From Candidatus Dormiibacterota bacterium (lineage in GTDB: Bacteria; Chloroflexota; Dormibacteria; Aeolococcales; Aeolococcaceae): a stretch of 64,000 bases of DNA. Position numbers and translations under genes: made by a program. The stretch spans positions 8,870-72,869 of the forward strand of contig DAINCY010000004.1 of NCBI GenBank assembly GCA_036732145.1, read 5' to 3'. The notes below the pieces were generated by a model. It worked only from the letters and a program-made list of their open reading frames with translations. It searched no databases and was not told the DNA's origin. The first letter of the stretch is position 1. Each line of letters begins with the position of its first letter. Of this stretch, positions 9,640-18,348 are shown piece after piece.

Positions 9640-10947
9640 GTGCGGCGGGGTAGGCTGACTGCCGCGCGCGTCGGGCAGAACCACGAGGACGACCCCCTGA
9701 ACTTTCTCCAAGGCCTGCACGGTGTTGTCGCCGTCGTGCTGCTCTGTGGCCTCCTCTTCGCCGAAGAGTCCGGGGTCCCGCTCCCGTTTGCGCCGGGGGA
9801 GATCGTGCTCCTCGCCGCCGGACTCCTCATCGCCGCCGGCGGCCTCAATCCGTTGGTCTTCATCCCCCTGGCCATGTTTGCCTGCGTGGCCGGCTCGATC
9901 GTGGGATACAGCTGGGCGCGACTGGTCGGGGAGCACGGACTGACCTCGCTGGCGCAGCGGCTTCATCAGCAACGCAACCTCGAGCGGGTGTCGAGACGGA
10001 TGCGGTCGGCCGGGTGGATGGGGGTGGCGCTGAGCAGGCTGATCCCCGGACTGCGCATCTACACGACGCTGGTCGCCGGAGCGCTGCGCGTGCCGCGGCG
10101 CATCTTCATCGCCGCCATGGTGCCGTCGACGGTCATCTGGGTGGGGGTGTTCGTCGCTCTCGGAACCGTCGTCGGCATCCCGGTCGAGCATTTCTTCAAC
10201 CACGTGCAGCAGCTGGCGGTGCAGGGCGCGATCCTCGTGGTCATGGGGCTGGGCTGCTACCTGGCCATCCGGCGGACGCCGCCGTCGACGGGAGCGGGCC
10301 TGGTGCGGGTGCCGCACGCGGTGCGCGCCGGCATCGCCGCCGCGATCGACCTCGGGGTCATCGCCAGTATCGTCACCGGGCTCCTCGCGCTCGGCCGGCG
10401 CCTCTTCGGAGTGGGCATCGGTGCCGGCTGGCTCGACGCGGTCATCGCCATGGTGGTCGCCGGGATCATCTACATCGTGGGGGCGCGTCGCGGTGCCGGC
10501 GCCACGGTGGGGGAGGCGCTGCTGCAGACCAGCTACGTCAGCGGGCGGCAGCTTCCCCGGCGCCCGCAGGAAGCGTGGCACGCAGCGCGGGCTCTCCTGG
10601 CCGGCTCGCCCGACGAGCTCCGCCCCACCGCCGACCTCCTCCGCGCGCTGGCCGACCCCGACCGGCTCCGCCTGGTGCGGCACCTGCTCGACCAACCGCG
10701 CACCGTGGAAGAGCTGGCAGCGCTGACCGGAACGGAGATCTTGGAAGTGCGCCACAAGCTCGACCGCTTGCTGCACGCCGGCGTGCTCATGGTGCGCGCC
10801 GACGGAACACAAGCGTGGTCGCAGATCCGGCCCGACCTCCTCGCCCCGCTGCTCGAATTCCTGTCGGCGGCCCGCCTTCCCGTCAACACACCGCCGGAGG
10901 CGGAGGCGGCAGCTGAGGCGAGCTTGAACGCCGGTGTGCCGGAGTAG
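9640..10947 (+). CDS. DedA-family membrane protein fused to extra TM helices and a C-terminal ArsR-like winged-helix domain
   Basis: N-terminal DedA/SNARE-associated signature (FAEESGVPLPFAPGEIVLLAAG...SRLIPGLRIYTTLVAGA), then about 4 further TM helices. The C-terminus reads LRALADPDRLRLVRHLLDQPRTVEELAALTGTEILEVRHKLDRLLHAGVL, an ArsR/SmtB-type HTH. Confidence 0.7.
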   Translation: MRRGRLTAARVGQNHEDDPLNFLQGLHGVVAVVLLCGLLFAEESGVPLPFAPGEIVLLAAGLLIAAGGLNPLVFIPLAMFACVAGSIVGYSWARLVGEHGLTSLAQRLHQQRNLERVSRRMRSAGWMGVALSRLIPGLRIYTTLVAGALRVPRRIFIAAMVPSTVIWVGVFVALGTVVGIPVEHFFNHVQQLAVQGAILVVMGLGCYLAIRRTPPSTGAGLVRVPHAVRAGIAAAIDLGVIASIVTGLLALGRRLFGVGIGAGWLDAVIAMVVAGIIYIVGARRGAGATVGEALLQTSYVSGRQLPRRPQEAWHAARALLAGSPDELRPTADLLRALADPDRLRLVRHLLDQPRTVEELAALTGTEILEVRHKLDRLLHAGVLMVRADGTQAWSQIRPDLLAPLLEFLSAARLPVNTPPEAEAAAEASLNAGVPE

Positions 10948-10997
10948 CGGGCTGCGGGGATGAAGCTCGGCCGTCGTGACCGGTATCCTGCGAGCAC

Positions 10998-11489
10998 ATG
11001 CCGCAGGAGTTCTCCTTCGACGTCGTCAGCGACTTCGACCACCAGGAGCTGGTCAACGCCGTCGACCAGGCGCGCCGTGAGATTGGCACCCGCTACGACT
11101 TCAAGAACCTCACGGCAGAGATCGAGCTCGAGAAAGAGCAGCTCACCCTGACCACCGAGGGCGACATGCAACTGCGCGCCATGATCGATGTCCTCAAAAC
11201 CAAATTCCACAAGCGCCAGCTCGATCTCAAGATCCTCGACCCGCAGAAAGCGGAGCCCGCCGCCAAGGGCAACGTCCGCCAGGTCATCAAGCTGCGTCGC
11301 GGCATCAACGACGAGCTGGCCAGAAAACTCCACAAGCAGATCCGGGCCGACCATCCCAAGGTGCAGGTGCGCATCCAGGGTGATCAGCTCCGCGTGACGG
11401 GCAGGGACAAGGACGCACTGCAGGGAGTGATCACGTCCTTGCGGGCCGCGGACCTCGACGTTCCCTTGCAGTTCACCAACTACCGGTGA
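10998..11489 (+). CDS. yajQ: YajQ-family (UPF0234) nucleotide / cyclic-di-GMP-binding protein
   Basis: 163 aa, MPQEFSFDVVSDFDHQELVNAVDQARREIGTRYDFK... This matches the YajQ family along its full length. Confidence 0.85.
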   Translation: MPQEFSFDVVSDFDHQELVNAVDQARREIGTRYDFKNLTAEIELEKEQLTLTTEGDMQLRAMIDVLKTKFHKRQLDLKILDPQKAEPAAKGNVRQVIKLRRGINDELARKLHKQIRADHPKVQVRIQGDQLRVTGRDKDALQGVITSLRAADLDVPLQFTNYR

Positions 11490-11549
11490 CCAGTCGGTCG
11501 GGCTTGCGGTGAGCGCAACCGTCCTCAGCGGCCTCGACCATCTCTGGCG

Positions 11550-12071
11550 TTGCCGCCGCTTGGTGATCTGATGGCGGGAGAGGAGCCCGTTCACCTGGTC
11601 GAGCTCTTCCCCGACAGCACCGCTGCCGGCGACGCGCTCCGCGCCAGAGGGTGGACGGTGGCGGTGGCCGAATCCTGCACCGGCGGCCTGCTCGGTGCTG
11701 CCCTCACCGCGGTGCCGGGGTCATCCGGGTACGTTCGCGGGGGCGTGATCGCGTACGACAACACCGTCAAGACGCAGTTGCTCGGCGTCGATGCGGGCTT
11801 GCTCGACAGCCACGGCGCGGTCAGTGAAGAGGTGGCCACCGCGATGGCGCAGGGTGCTCGGCGTCGGCTGGAGGCGGACGTCGGAGTGGGCATCACCGGC
11901 GTCGCCGGTCCGGGCACGGAGGAGGGAGGCAAGCCGGCGGGTTTGGTCTACATCACGGTGGTGTCGCCCACCGGGGAGCGGGTGGTTCGGCTGGCGGACG
12001 ACCTTGGGCGTGAGGGCAACCGTGCTGTGGCGGTGGCGGCCGCGCTGCGCCTCCTCGTGGAGCTCGGGTGA
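11550..12071 (+). CDS. cinA: CinA-family protein, C-terminal (PncC-like nicotinamide-nucleotide amidohydrolase) domain only
   Basis: [17 protein letters not shown] motif. Conserved position directly upstream of recA. The start could instead be the ATG at 11571. Confidence 0.8.
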   Translation: MPPLGDLMAGEEPVHLVELFPDSTAAGDALRARGWTVAVAESCTGGLLGAALTAVPGSSGYVRGGVIAYDNTVKTQLLGVDAGLLDSHGAVSEEVATAMAQGARRRLEADVGVGITGVAGPGTEEGGKPAGLVYITVVSPTGERVVRLADDLGREGNRAVAVAAALRLLVELG

Positions 12072-12157
12072 TCGACGTCGGCGGGGGCGACAGCCAGATG
12101 TCGCGGGCTCCTCGCACGATGGCGTTGTCATCCCAGCCACCAGCGTATACAGTGGGG

Positions 12158-12172
12158 CGTACATCTGTTCGA
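12158..12172. promoter_or_regulatory. weak candidate LexA (Cheo-type) box upstream of recA
   Basis: CGTACATCTGTTCGA matches GAAC-N4-GTTC with one half-site mismatch (GTAC). It matches the perfect palindrome at 30531..30542 at 10/12 positions. It lies about 90 nt upstream of the strong recA promoter, so its role is uncertain. Confidence 0.3.
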
Positions 12173-12246
12173 TGCCAGCACTCAGCACCCCGTCCACTGA
12201 CCGCACCAGCGATCCCACCTATTCCACAAGTCATGGAGTTTCTGCT

Positions 12247-12275
12247 TTGACAACAACACCAGAAAGTCGTAATAT
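12247..12275 (+). promoter_or_regulatory. near-consensus sigma70-type promoter of recA
   Basis: TTGACA (12247..12252), 17-nt spacer, TAATAT (12270..12275), in a locally AT-richer stretch about 59 nt upstream of the recA GTG. Confidence 0.6.
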
Positions 12276-12333
12276 CGATCCCATCATCGAGGTCAACGGG
12301 CGGCGCGCAGCCGCCGTCAGCGGGAGTGAGGCG

Positions 12334-13383
12334 GTGACGACGACAGAGCGGGAGCGGGCGCTCAGCACAGCGCTCGGACAGATCGAGCGTGCCCACGGCA
12401 AGGGGGCGATCATGCGCCTCGGTGACGCGCGCACCCAGCGTGTGGAGGCCATCCCCACAGGTGCGCTGACCCTCGACATCGCGCTCGGTGTCGGCGGCGT
12501 GCCGCGCGGTCGGGTGATCGAGATCTACGGGCCGGAATCCTCGGGCAAGACCACCCTGACGCTGCACATCATCGCCGAGGCTCAGAAGCTCGGCGGGGTG
12601 GCCGCGTTCATCGACGCTGAGCATGCCCTCGATCCGCAATACGCCGCCCGCATCGGCGTCAGGACCGACGAGTTGCTCATCTCCCAGCCGGACACCGGCG
12701 AACAGGCGCTCGAGATCGTCGAGGTGCTGGTGCGCAGCGGCGCCCTCGACGTGGTCGTCATCGACTCGGTGGCGGCGTTGGTTCCCAAGGCCGAGATCGA
12801 TGGTGAGATGGGCGACAGCCACGTCGGCCTGCAGGCGCGACTCATGTCCCAGGCGATGCGCAAGCTGACGGCGGCGATCTCGCGCTCCAACACCTGCGTC
12901 ATCTTCATCAACCAGCTTCGCGAGAAGATCGGCGTGATGTTCGGCAATCCGGAGACCACCACGGGTGGACGGGCGCTGAAGTTCTACGCCTCGGTCCGCA
13001 TGGACATCCGCAAGATCGACTCCATCAAGCAGGGTCTCGACGTTGTCGGCAACCGTGTCAAGGTCAAAGTTGTCAAGAACAAGGTGGCCGCTCCGTTCCG
13101 CGTGGCGGAGTTCGACATCATGTACAACGAGGGCATCTCCTACGCGGGCAGCGTGCTCGACATCGCCATCGACACCAAGGTGGTCGACAAGAGCGGCGCG
13201 TGGTTCTCGTACGGTGAGATGCGGCTCGGACAGGGGCGCGAGAACGTGCGCGACTTCCTGCGCCAGAACCTCGATCTGCTCGAGGAGATCGCCGGCAAGG
13301 TCAGGGTGCAGTCGCTGCCGGAGGTGACCCCGACCATCGAGGCGGCGACCAATGGGGTGGTGCCACCGGTCGCAGTCGGCTGA
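12334..13383 (+). CDS. recA: recombinase RecA
   Basis: GTG at 12334 preceded by GGGAGTGAGG. Walker [10 protein letters not shown] and the typical RecA core ([14 protein letters not shown]). 349 aa. The 181 upstream codons of the track ORF contain the promoter and are not coding. Confidence 0.93.
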   Translation: MTTTERERALSTALGQIERAHGKGAIMRLGDARTQRVEAIPTGALTLDIALGVGGVPRGRVIEIYGPESSGKTTLTLHIIAEAQKLGGVAAFIDAEHALDPQYAARIGVRTDELLISQPDTGEQALEIVEVLVRSGALDVVVIDSVAALVPKAEIDGEMGDSHVGLQARLMSQAMRKLTAAISRSNTCVIFINQLREKIGVMFGNPETTTGGRALKFYASVRMDIRKIDSIKQGLDVVGNRVKVKVVKNKVAAPFRVAEFDIMYNEGISYAGSVLDIAIDTKVVDKSGAWFSYGEMRLGQGRENVRDFLRQNLDLLEEIAGKVRVQSLPEVTPTIEAATNGVVPPVAVG

Positions 13384-13387
13384 TCAG

Positions 13388-13903
13388 GTGAGGGACCAGG
13401 GTCCCGCCGAACGCGGCAACGCGCTTGCCCCCGAGGACCCTGACTCCGCCGCGGCGGCCGAACGAGTGGCGCTTCGCATCCTCGCAGGCGCGGCGCAATC
13501 GGCTGCGGCCTTGCACCGAGGGTTGCGACGGCGCGGGTTCACGGAAGAGGCTGCAGGAGTCGCCACCGCCGCGATGCTCGGGCGGGGCTACGTCGACGAC
13601 GCCGCCCTCGCCCAGTCGATCGCGGCCCGCAGCCGGCGCACCGGTCACGGTCGCATCCAGATGACGGCCCAATTGCGCGCTCGCGGTGTCGACGATGAGG
13701 CCATCGCGGAGACCCTCGGAGCCGTGGATCCCGAGGCGGAGCGCGCCGCTGCCCTCGCCCTGGGCCGCCGGCTGTGGGGACGGGCCTCTGGCGGCTCCAC
13801 CGAACGTCTGCGGCGGGAGCGGATGGGCGGAGTGTTGCAGCGTCGCGGCTTCGACACCGAGACGGTTCACTGGGTCCTGCGCGAGCTGGAGCGCGACGCC
13901 TGA
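13388..13903 (+). CDS. recX: recombination regulator RecX
   Basis: Three-helix repeat pattern ([34 protein letters not shown]...LRARGVDDEAI...LQRRGFDTETV). Located immediately after recA. The start, GTG 13388 or the track start 13352, is uncertain. Confidence 0.8.
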   Translation: MRDQGPAERGNALAPEDPDSAAAAERVALRILAGAAQSAAALHRGLRRRGFTEEAAGVATAAMLGRGYVDDAALAQSIAARSRRTGHGRIQMTAQLRARGVDDEAIAETLGAVDPEAERAAALALGRRLWGRASGGSTERLRRERMGGVLQRRGFDTETVHWVLRELERDA

Positions 13904-13924
13904 CCCACAACGCAGACTCTCAGC

Positions 13925-14896
13925 ATGGACTACACCCATCTGGGCCGCTCCGGCCTCTCTGTCAGCCGGCTCTGCCTCGGCACCATGAATTTCGGCCCCC
14001 AGGCCACCGAAGACGACTCACACACGATCATGGATCGTGCCCTGGAACACGGCATCAACTTCTTCGACACGGCCAACGTGTACGGGTTCCGCAAAAGAGG
14101 GGAGGGCTGGACCGAGAAGATCGTGGGTAGCTGGTTCGCGCAGGGTGGAGAGCGGCGCGAGAAGGTGGTGATCGCCACCAAGCTGTACGGCTCGATGAGC
14201 GATTGGCCCAACGACACGTTCCTGTCAGCGCGGAACATCATCACCGCGTGCGAGGGGTCGCTTCGGCGGCTGCAGACCGACCACATCGACCTCTACCAGA
14301 TGCACCACGTCGACCGAGACACTCCCTGGGAGGAGATCTGGCAGGCGATGGACACCCTGGTGCGCCAGGGCAAGGTGATCTACGTGGGATCGTCGAACTT
14401 CGCCGGCTGGAACATCGCCCAGGCGCAGGAGACCGCCCGCGCCCGCCACTTCCAGGGGCTGATCAGCGAGCAGTCGCTGTACAACCTGCTCGAGCGCCGC
14501 ATCGAGATGGAGGTGCTCCCGGCTGCTCGTGAGTACGGGCTCGGAGTCATCCCGTGGAGCCCGCTGATGAGGGGTGCGCTTGGCGGCATCCTGCGCAAGG
14601 AGAGGGAGGGACGCTCGGCGTCCGACGTGACCCAGGCCGTGCTCACCGACCACCGCGATCAGATCGAGCGGTACGAGGCCCTCTGCGACGACCTGGGCAG
14701 CCATCCCGCCGACGTCGGGATCGCGTGGCTTCTGAAGCAACCCGGGGTGACGGCGCCGATCATCGGCCCGCGCACAGTCGAGCAGTTGGACAGCAACGTG
14801 CGCGCGCTGGAGGTCTCACTCGACGACGCGGCTCTTGAGCGCCTGGACGCGATCTTCCCGCCGGTGGGGCCGGCTCCGGAAGCTTACGCGTGGTGA
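13925..14896 (+). CDS. aldo/keto reductase
   Basis: MDYTHLGRSGLSVSRLCLGTMNFG...GINFFDTANVYG...LQTDHIDLYQMH, canonical AKR motifs. Confidence 0.88.
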   Translation: MDYTHLGRSGLSVSRLCLGTMNFGPQATEDDSHTIMDRALEHGINFFDTANVYGFRKRGEGWTEKIVGSWFAQGGERREKVVIATKLYGSMSDWPNDTFLSARNIITACEGSLRRLQTDHIDLYQMHHVDRDTPWEEIWQAMDTLVRQGKVIYVGSSNFAGWNIAQAQETARARHFQGLISEQSLYNLLERRIEMEVLPAAREYGLGVIPWSPLMRGALGGILRKEREGRSASDVTQAVLTDHRDQIERYEALCDDLGSHPADVGIAWLLKQPGVTAPIIGPRTVEQLDSNVRALEVSLDDAALERLDAIFPPVGPAPEAYAW

Positions 14897-14920
14897 TGCC
14901 CGGCCACTGAGTCGGCGCCC

Positions 14921-14948
14921 TTGACAAGCTGCGCTGGGGTGCTAGATT
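14921..14948 (+). promoter_or_regulatory. sigma70-type promoter giving a leaderless or near-leaderless transcript for the DUF3311/symporter pair
   Basis: TTGACA (14921..14926), 16-nt spacer, TGC-TAGATT (extended -10, hexamer 14943..14948). The ATG at 14958 is only 9 nt after the hexamer, and there is no SD sequence. Confidence 0.5.
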
Positions 14949-14957
14949 ACCGCAGCC

Positions 14958-15176
14958 ATGCGGGAACGACCGGACTCTGACCGCCGCGGACGCTGGGCAC
15001 GCATCCTGCTGATCGTCCCCTTCATCGCGCTGCTCTTTCCCACCCTGTACGCTCATTCTGAACCGCGAGTTGCGGGGATTCCGTTCTTCATCTGGTACCA
15101 GTTTCTGTGGGTGATCCTCGGCGTTGGGATCACCGGGCTCGTGTACGCGCTCAGTCGCGGTGGTGACGAGCCGTGA
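14958..15176 (+). CDS. small two-TM membrane protein (DUF3311-like) partnered with a solute:sodium symporter
   Basis: 72 aa with two hydrophobic helices (ILLIVPFIALLFPTLYA / IPFFIWYQFLWVILGVGITGLVYAL). Its stop overlaps the GTG of the downstream symporter (GTGA). Confidence 0.7.
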   Translation: MRERPDSDRRGRWARILLIVPFIALLFPTLYAHSEPRVAGIPFFIWYQFLWVILGVGITGLVYALSRGGDEP

Positions 15177-16750
15177 CCCATTGGGACGAGCTGGCGATCG
15201 TCATCGGCATCGGGGTGCTGGTGACCGTTGTCGGCTTCGGGGCTTCTCGCTGGCGCAGGGCCGACCTCGACCACCTCGAAGAGTGGGGGCTGGCGGGCCG
15301 AAGCTTCGGGACCATCGTCACCTGGTTCCTCCTGGGCGGCGACATCTACACCGCGTACACGTTCGTCGCAGTCCCTGGAGTGGTGTTTGCCTTTGGCGCA
15401 TACGGCCTGTTCGCGCTCCCGTACACCATCATCATCTACCCGCTGGTGTTCCTCACCATGCCGCGGTTGTGGCAGGTGTCGCGCAACAAGGGCTACGTCA
15501 CCGGCTCCGACTATGTGCGCGACCGCTTCGACAGTCGCTTCTTCGCGCTACTCATCGCGCTGACCGGGATCGTCGCCACCATGCCCTACATCGCCCTGCA
15601 GATCTTCGGGATCAAGGTGGTGCTGGCCAACATCGGCATCAGTCCAGAGGTGGCGCTGGTGATCGCGTTCGTGGTGCTGGCTGCGTTCACCTATGTCAGC
15701 GGCCTGCGCGCCCCCGCGCTCATCGCCGTCGTCAAGGACTTCCTGATCTGGCTGGTGGTGATCGTCGCCGTCATCTACATCCCCTACAAGCTCGGCGGCT
15801 TCGGCAGCATCTTCCACAAGGTCGAGCAGGCGGCGGCCATCGCGCCCAAGCTCAAGGCCAAGCCCGACGTGCTCCCATCCTCCATGTTCAATGCCTACAG
15901 CAGCATCGCGCTCGGCTCCGCGTTGGCTCTCTTCCTCTACCCACACTCAATGACGGGCGTGTTCAGCGCCAGCGGCCAGCGGGTCATCAGGCGCAACGCA
16001 TCGTTCCTGCCGGCGTACTCGTTCCTGCTCGGATTGATCGGCCTGCTCGGCTTCATGGCCATCGCCGCCGGCATCAAGCCCACCAAGGCGTTCGGTAACA
16101 ACGGGGCTGTCGCCGATCTCTTCCAGAAGATGTTCCCGAGCTGGTTCACCGGGGTGGCGTTCGCGGCCATCGCGGTGGGCGCGCTGGTGCCCGCCGCGAT
16201 CATGTCGATTGCTGCGGCCAACCTCTTCAGTCGCAACATCTGGCGCGAGTACGTGCACCCCGCGATGAGCCGCCGGGAGGAGGCTACGGTCAGCAAGGTG
16301 GTCTCCCTGCTGGTCAAGGTCGGCGCTCTGGCCTTCGTGCTGGCCCTCCCGACCACTGACATCATCAACTACCAGACCGCAGGTGGCGTGTGGATGATCA
16401 ACGCGCTGCCGGCTCTGATCGTGGCGCTGTACCTGAAACGACTCAACGTGTGGGCGATGGTGGCCGGCTGGGCCGGCGGCATGGGCCTGGGCACGTACGC
16501 GCTCCTCCAGGAGAAGTTCGCCACCAGCCTGCACGATTTCGGGTTTGGCGGCAAGATCTACATCGGGTTTGCGGCGATCATCGTCAACCTCGTCATCGTC
16601 GCCGCCGGCTCAGCCATCGCGGCGATGGCCGGCAGGTCCACCGAGGGAAACCTCAGCGAGGCTGACTACCGGCCGCCGGCGCCCGGCGACGCCCAGCGCG
16701 CCGCGTCGGTGGCTCCACTGACGCCGCCGTTGACGCAGGGGTCGGTGTGA
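15173..16750 (+). CDS. sodium:solute symporter (SSS) family transporter
   Basis: 525 aa, about 13 TM helices, GRSFGTIVTWFLLGGDIYTAYTFVAVPG typical of SSS/MctP-like permeases. Confidence 0.85.
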   Translation: MTHWDELAIVIGIGVLVTVVGFGASRWRRADLDHLEEWGLAGRSFGTIVTWFLLGGDIYTAYTFVAVPGVVFAFGAYGLFALPYTIIIYPLVFLTMPRLWQVSRNKGYVTGSDYVRDRFDSRFFALLIALTGIVATMPYIALQIFGIKVVLANIGISPEVALVIAFVVLAAFTYVSGLRAPALIAVVKDFLIWLVVIVAVIYIPYKLGGFGSIFHKVEQAAAIAPKLKAKPDVLPSSMFNAYSSIALGSALALFLYPHSMTGVFSASGQRVIRRNASFLPAYSFLLGLIGLLGFMAIAAGIKPTKAFGNNGAVADLFQKMFPSWFTGVAFAAIAVGALVPAAIMSIAAANLFSRNIWREYVHPAMSRREEATVSKVVSLLVKVGALAFVLALPTTDIINYQTAGGVWMINALPALIVALYLKRLNVWAMVAGWAGGMGLGTYALLQEKFATSLHDFGFGGKIYIGFAAIIVNLVIVAAGSAIAAMAGRSTEGNLSEADYRPPAPGDAQRAASVAPLTPPLTQGSV

Positions 16751-16757
16751 CGATCGG

Positions 16758-18122
16758 TCAGGCGGGCGCGGCCGGCGGTTGGTCCACTGTGCGGAGCAAG
16801 GCTCGCTCATAGCGCACCACAGGGGTGAGCGCAGCAAAGGCGAAGATCGAGAGCGCAAGGCCGAGCAGAACCAGGCCGTCGAGGTACCCGAGCCGCACCG
16901 CGACGCCGCCGAGCAGCGAACCGATGGCTCCGCCGCCTGCCAGCGCCACGGTGTAGAAGGCCATCAGCGCGGCCCTGTCCGCAACGAACGTCTCCGAACA
17001 CTCGGCGAGGTACGTGACCGCGGCCGGACCAAATCCAGCGAGCACGAGCACTCCGAGGATGAGCAGAGGAAGGAAGAGTGGTGCCCAGGCCGCCGAGGTG
17101 TGGTTGAGCGCCAGCAGCGCTCCGGCGATCAGCCAGGCTCCGGGGGCGGCGCGTCGCATGATGTGCACCGCTCCGATTCGCGGGATCCATGGCGTCCAGA
17201 GCGCGATTCCGACGAGGAGGAGTCCGATCCAGCTGACCAGGATCACCGAGACCAGCCGCTCGTCGAAGTGATGGAGCAGCGCTTGCCCGGGCACCTGGGC
17301 GCGACGCAGAAGGGCCGGAAGGTGGGCTGCGTAGGCGCCGAGCAGTGCAAAGCAGGCGATCCAGGCGGGGATGAAACTGCGGATGGGACCCGGTCCCACG
17401 ATCGCGCCAAACACGCGGCTCAGCGGGCTCACCGGCAGGGGTGGAACGTGCGGCACAAGCGCGGCGCAGACCGCTGCCGCTGCCAGGTAGAGACCCGCCA
17501 GAACGAGGAAGGCCCCGTGATGGAGCCAGTGGAAGGCGAACGGGCCGACCACGAAGCCGCCCGCATAGCCGGCCAGGTTGGCGGCTTCGAAAGCGCCACT
17601 GGCGTTGGCACGGATTCGTTGGCTGTGGGTGGTGGCCGCAGCGATCGTCCCCAGAGCAGTGGGGATGAAGCAGGCGGCGCCCACCCCCTCAACGAGCCGG
17701 GCGATGACGATCTGTTCCGGGTTGTTGGCCATGCTCAGCATCACAGCGCCGATGACGCTGAACAACGGCCCGCCGACCAGGAAGATGCGGCGGCCGAGCC
17801 GGTCGGCGAAGCGGGCCAGGATGGGGGCGAAGACCATCTCGGGGACCGCCTGGCTGGCTCCGATGAACCCCAGCACCAGGCCGCTGGGCCGGCCCCCGAA
17901 CATGTCGACGAGGTCGAAGCCGACAGCGACCCCGGCGCCGGAAGTTCCAATACGCAGCAGGGCAGTGCCGGCCAGCAGGGCACGGACGGCACTCGGCCGG
18001 CTTTCCACCAGGTGCCTCTCGAGGGAGGCGGCCGCGGCCTGTTCGTCAGGGGACGCGGTCGGCACCTCGAGCGAGTCGGGTCCGGCAGCCGAGGCGGGGT
18101 GCAGAGAAGTCTCGGAGTCCAC
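16758..18122 (-). CDS. MFS transporter
   Basis: 454 aa, 12-14 predicted TM helices, MFS loop motif (LARFADRLGRRIFL). Confidence 0.8.
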   Translation of the reverse strand: MDSETSLHPASAAGPDSLEVPTASPDEQAAAASLERHLVESRPSAVRALLAGTALLRIGTSGAGVAVGFDLVDMFGGRPSGLVLGFIGASQAVPEMVFAPILARFADRLGRRIFLVGGPLFSVIGAVMLSMANNPEQIVIARLVEGVGAACFIPTALGTIAAATTHSQRIRANASGAFEAANLAGYAGGFVVGPFAFHWLHHGAFLVLAGLYLAAAAVCAALVPHVPPLPVSPLSRVFGAIVGPGPIRSFIPAWIACFALLGAYAAHLPALLRRAQVPGQALLHHFDERLVSVILVSWIGLLLVGIALWTPWIPRIGAVHIMRRAAPGAWLIAGALLALNHTSAAWAPLFLPLLILGVLVLAGFGPAAVTYLAECSETFVADRAALMAFYTVALAGGGAIGSLLGGVAVRLGYLDGLVLLGLALSIFAFAALTPVVRYERALLRTVDQPPAAPA

Positions 18123-18348
18123 TCAGCCTAAGGGTAGTCGAGGTAGCCGGGAAGCTTTCGCCCGCACCCTCCCGCCACTACAATGCGACCACGTCTCGAC
18201 CCTGGCCGCGCTTGGCCGCGGACGACGCAGCCGCACCCGACTCGGGGAGGCGACGTCGCCGACGAGACGCCACCAGGCGGGATGCCGAGGCACCCCAGGA
18301 TCGCGACCCGAGGAAACCCCCATCACAATCGAGATCGTCGCCCTCGCC

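Noticed and set aside
11791-12333. N-terminal extension of the recA track ORF (530 aa).
   Set aside because: It overlaps cinA out of frame and contains the near-consensus recA promoter at 12247..12275. RecA homology starts at the GTG at 12334.
17578-18348. N-terminal 257 codons of the 761-aa track ORF that contains rny.
   Set aside because: This part runs antisense through the MFS gene (16758..18122) and translates to Pro/Arg/Ser-rich sequence. RNase Y homology begins only at the TM helix near 18322.
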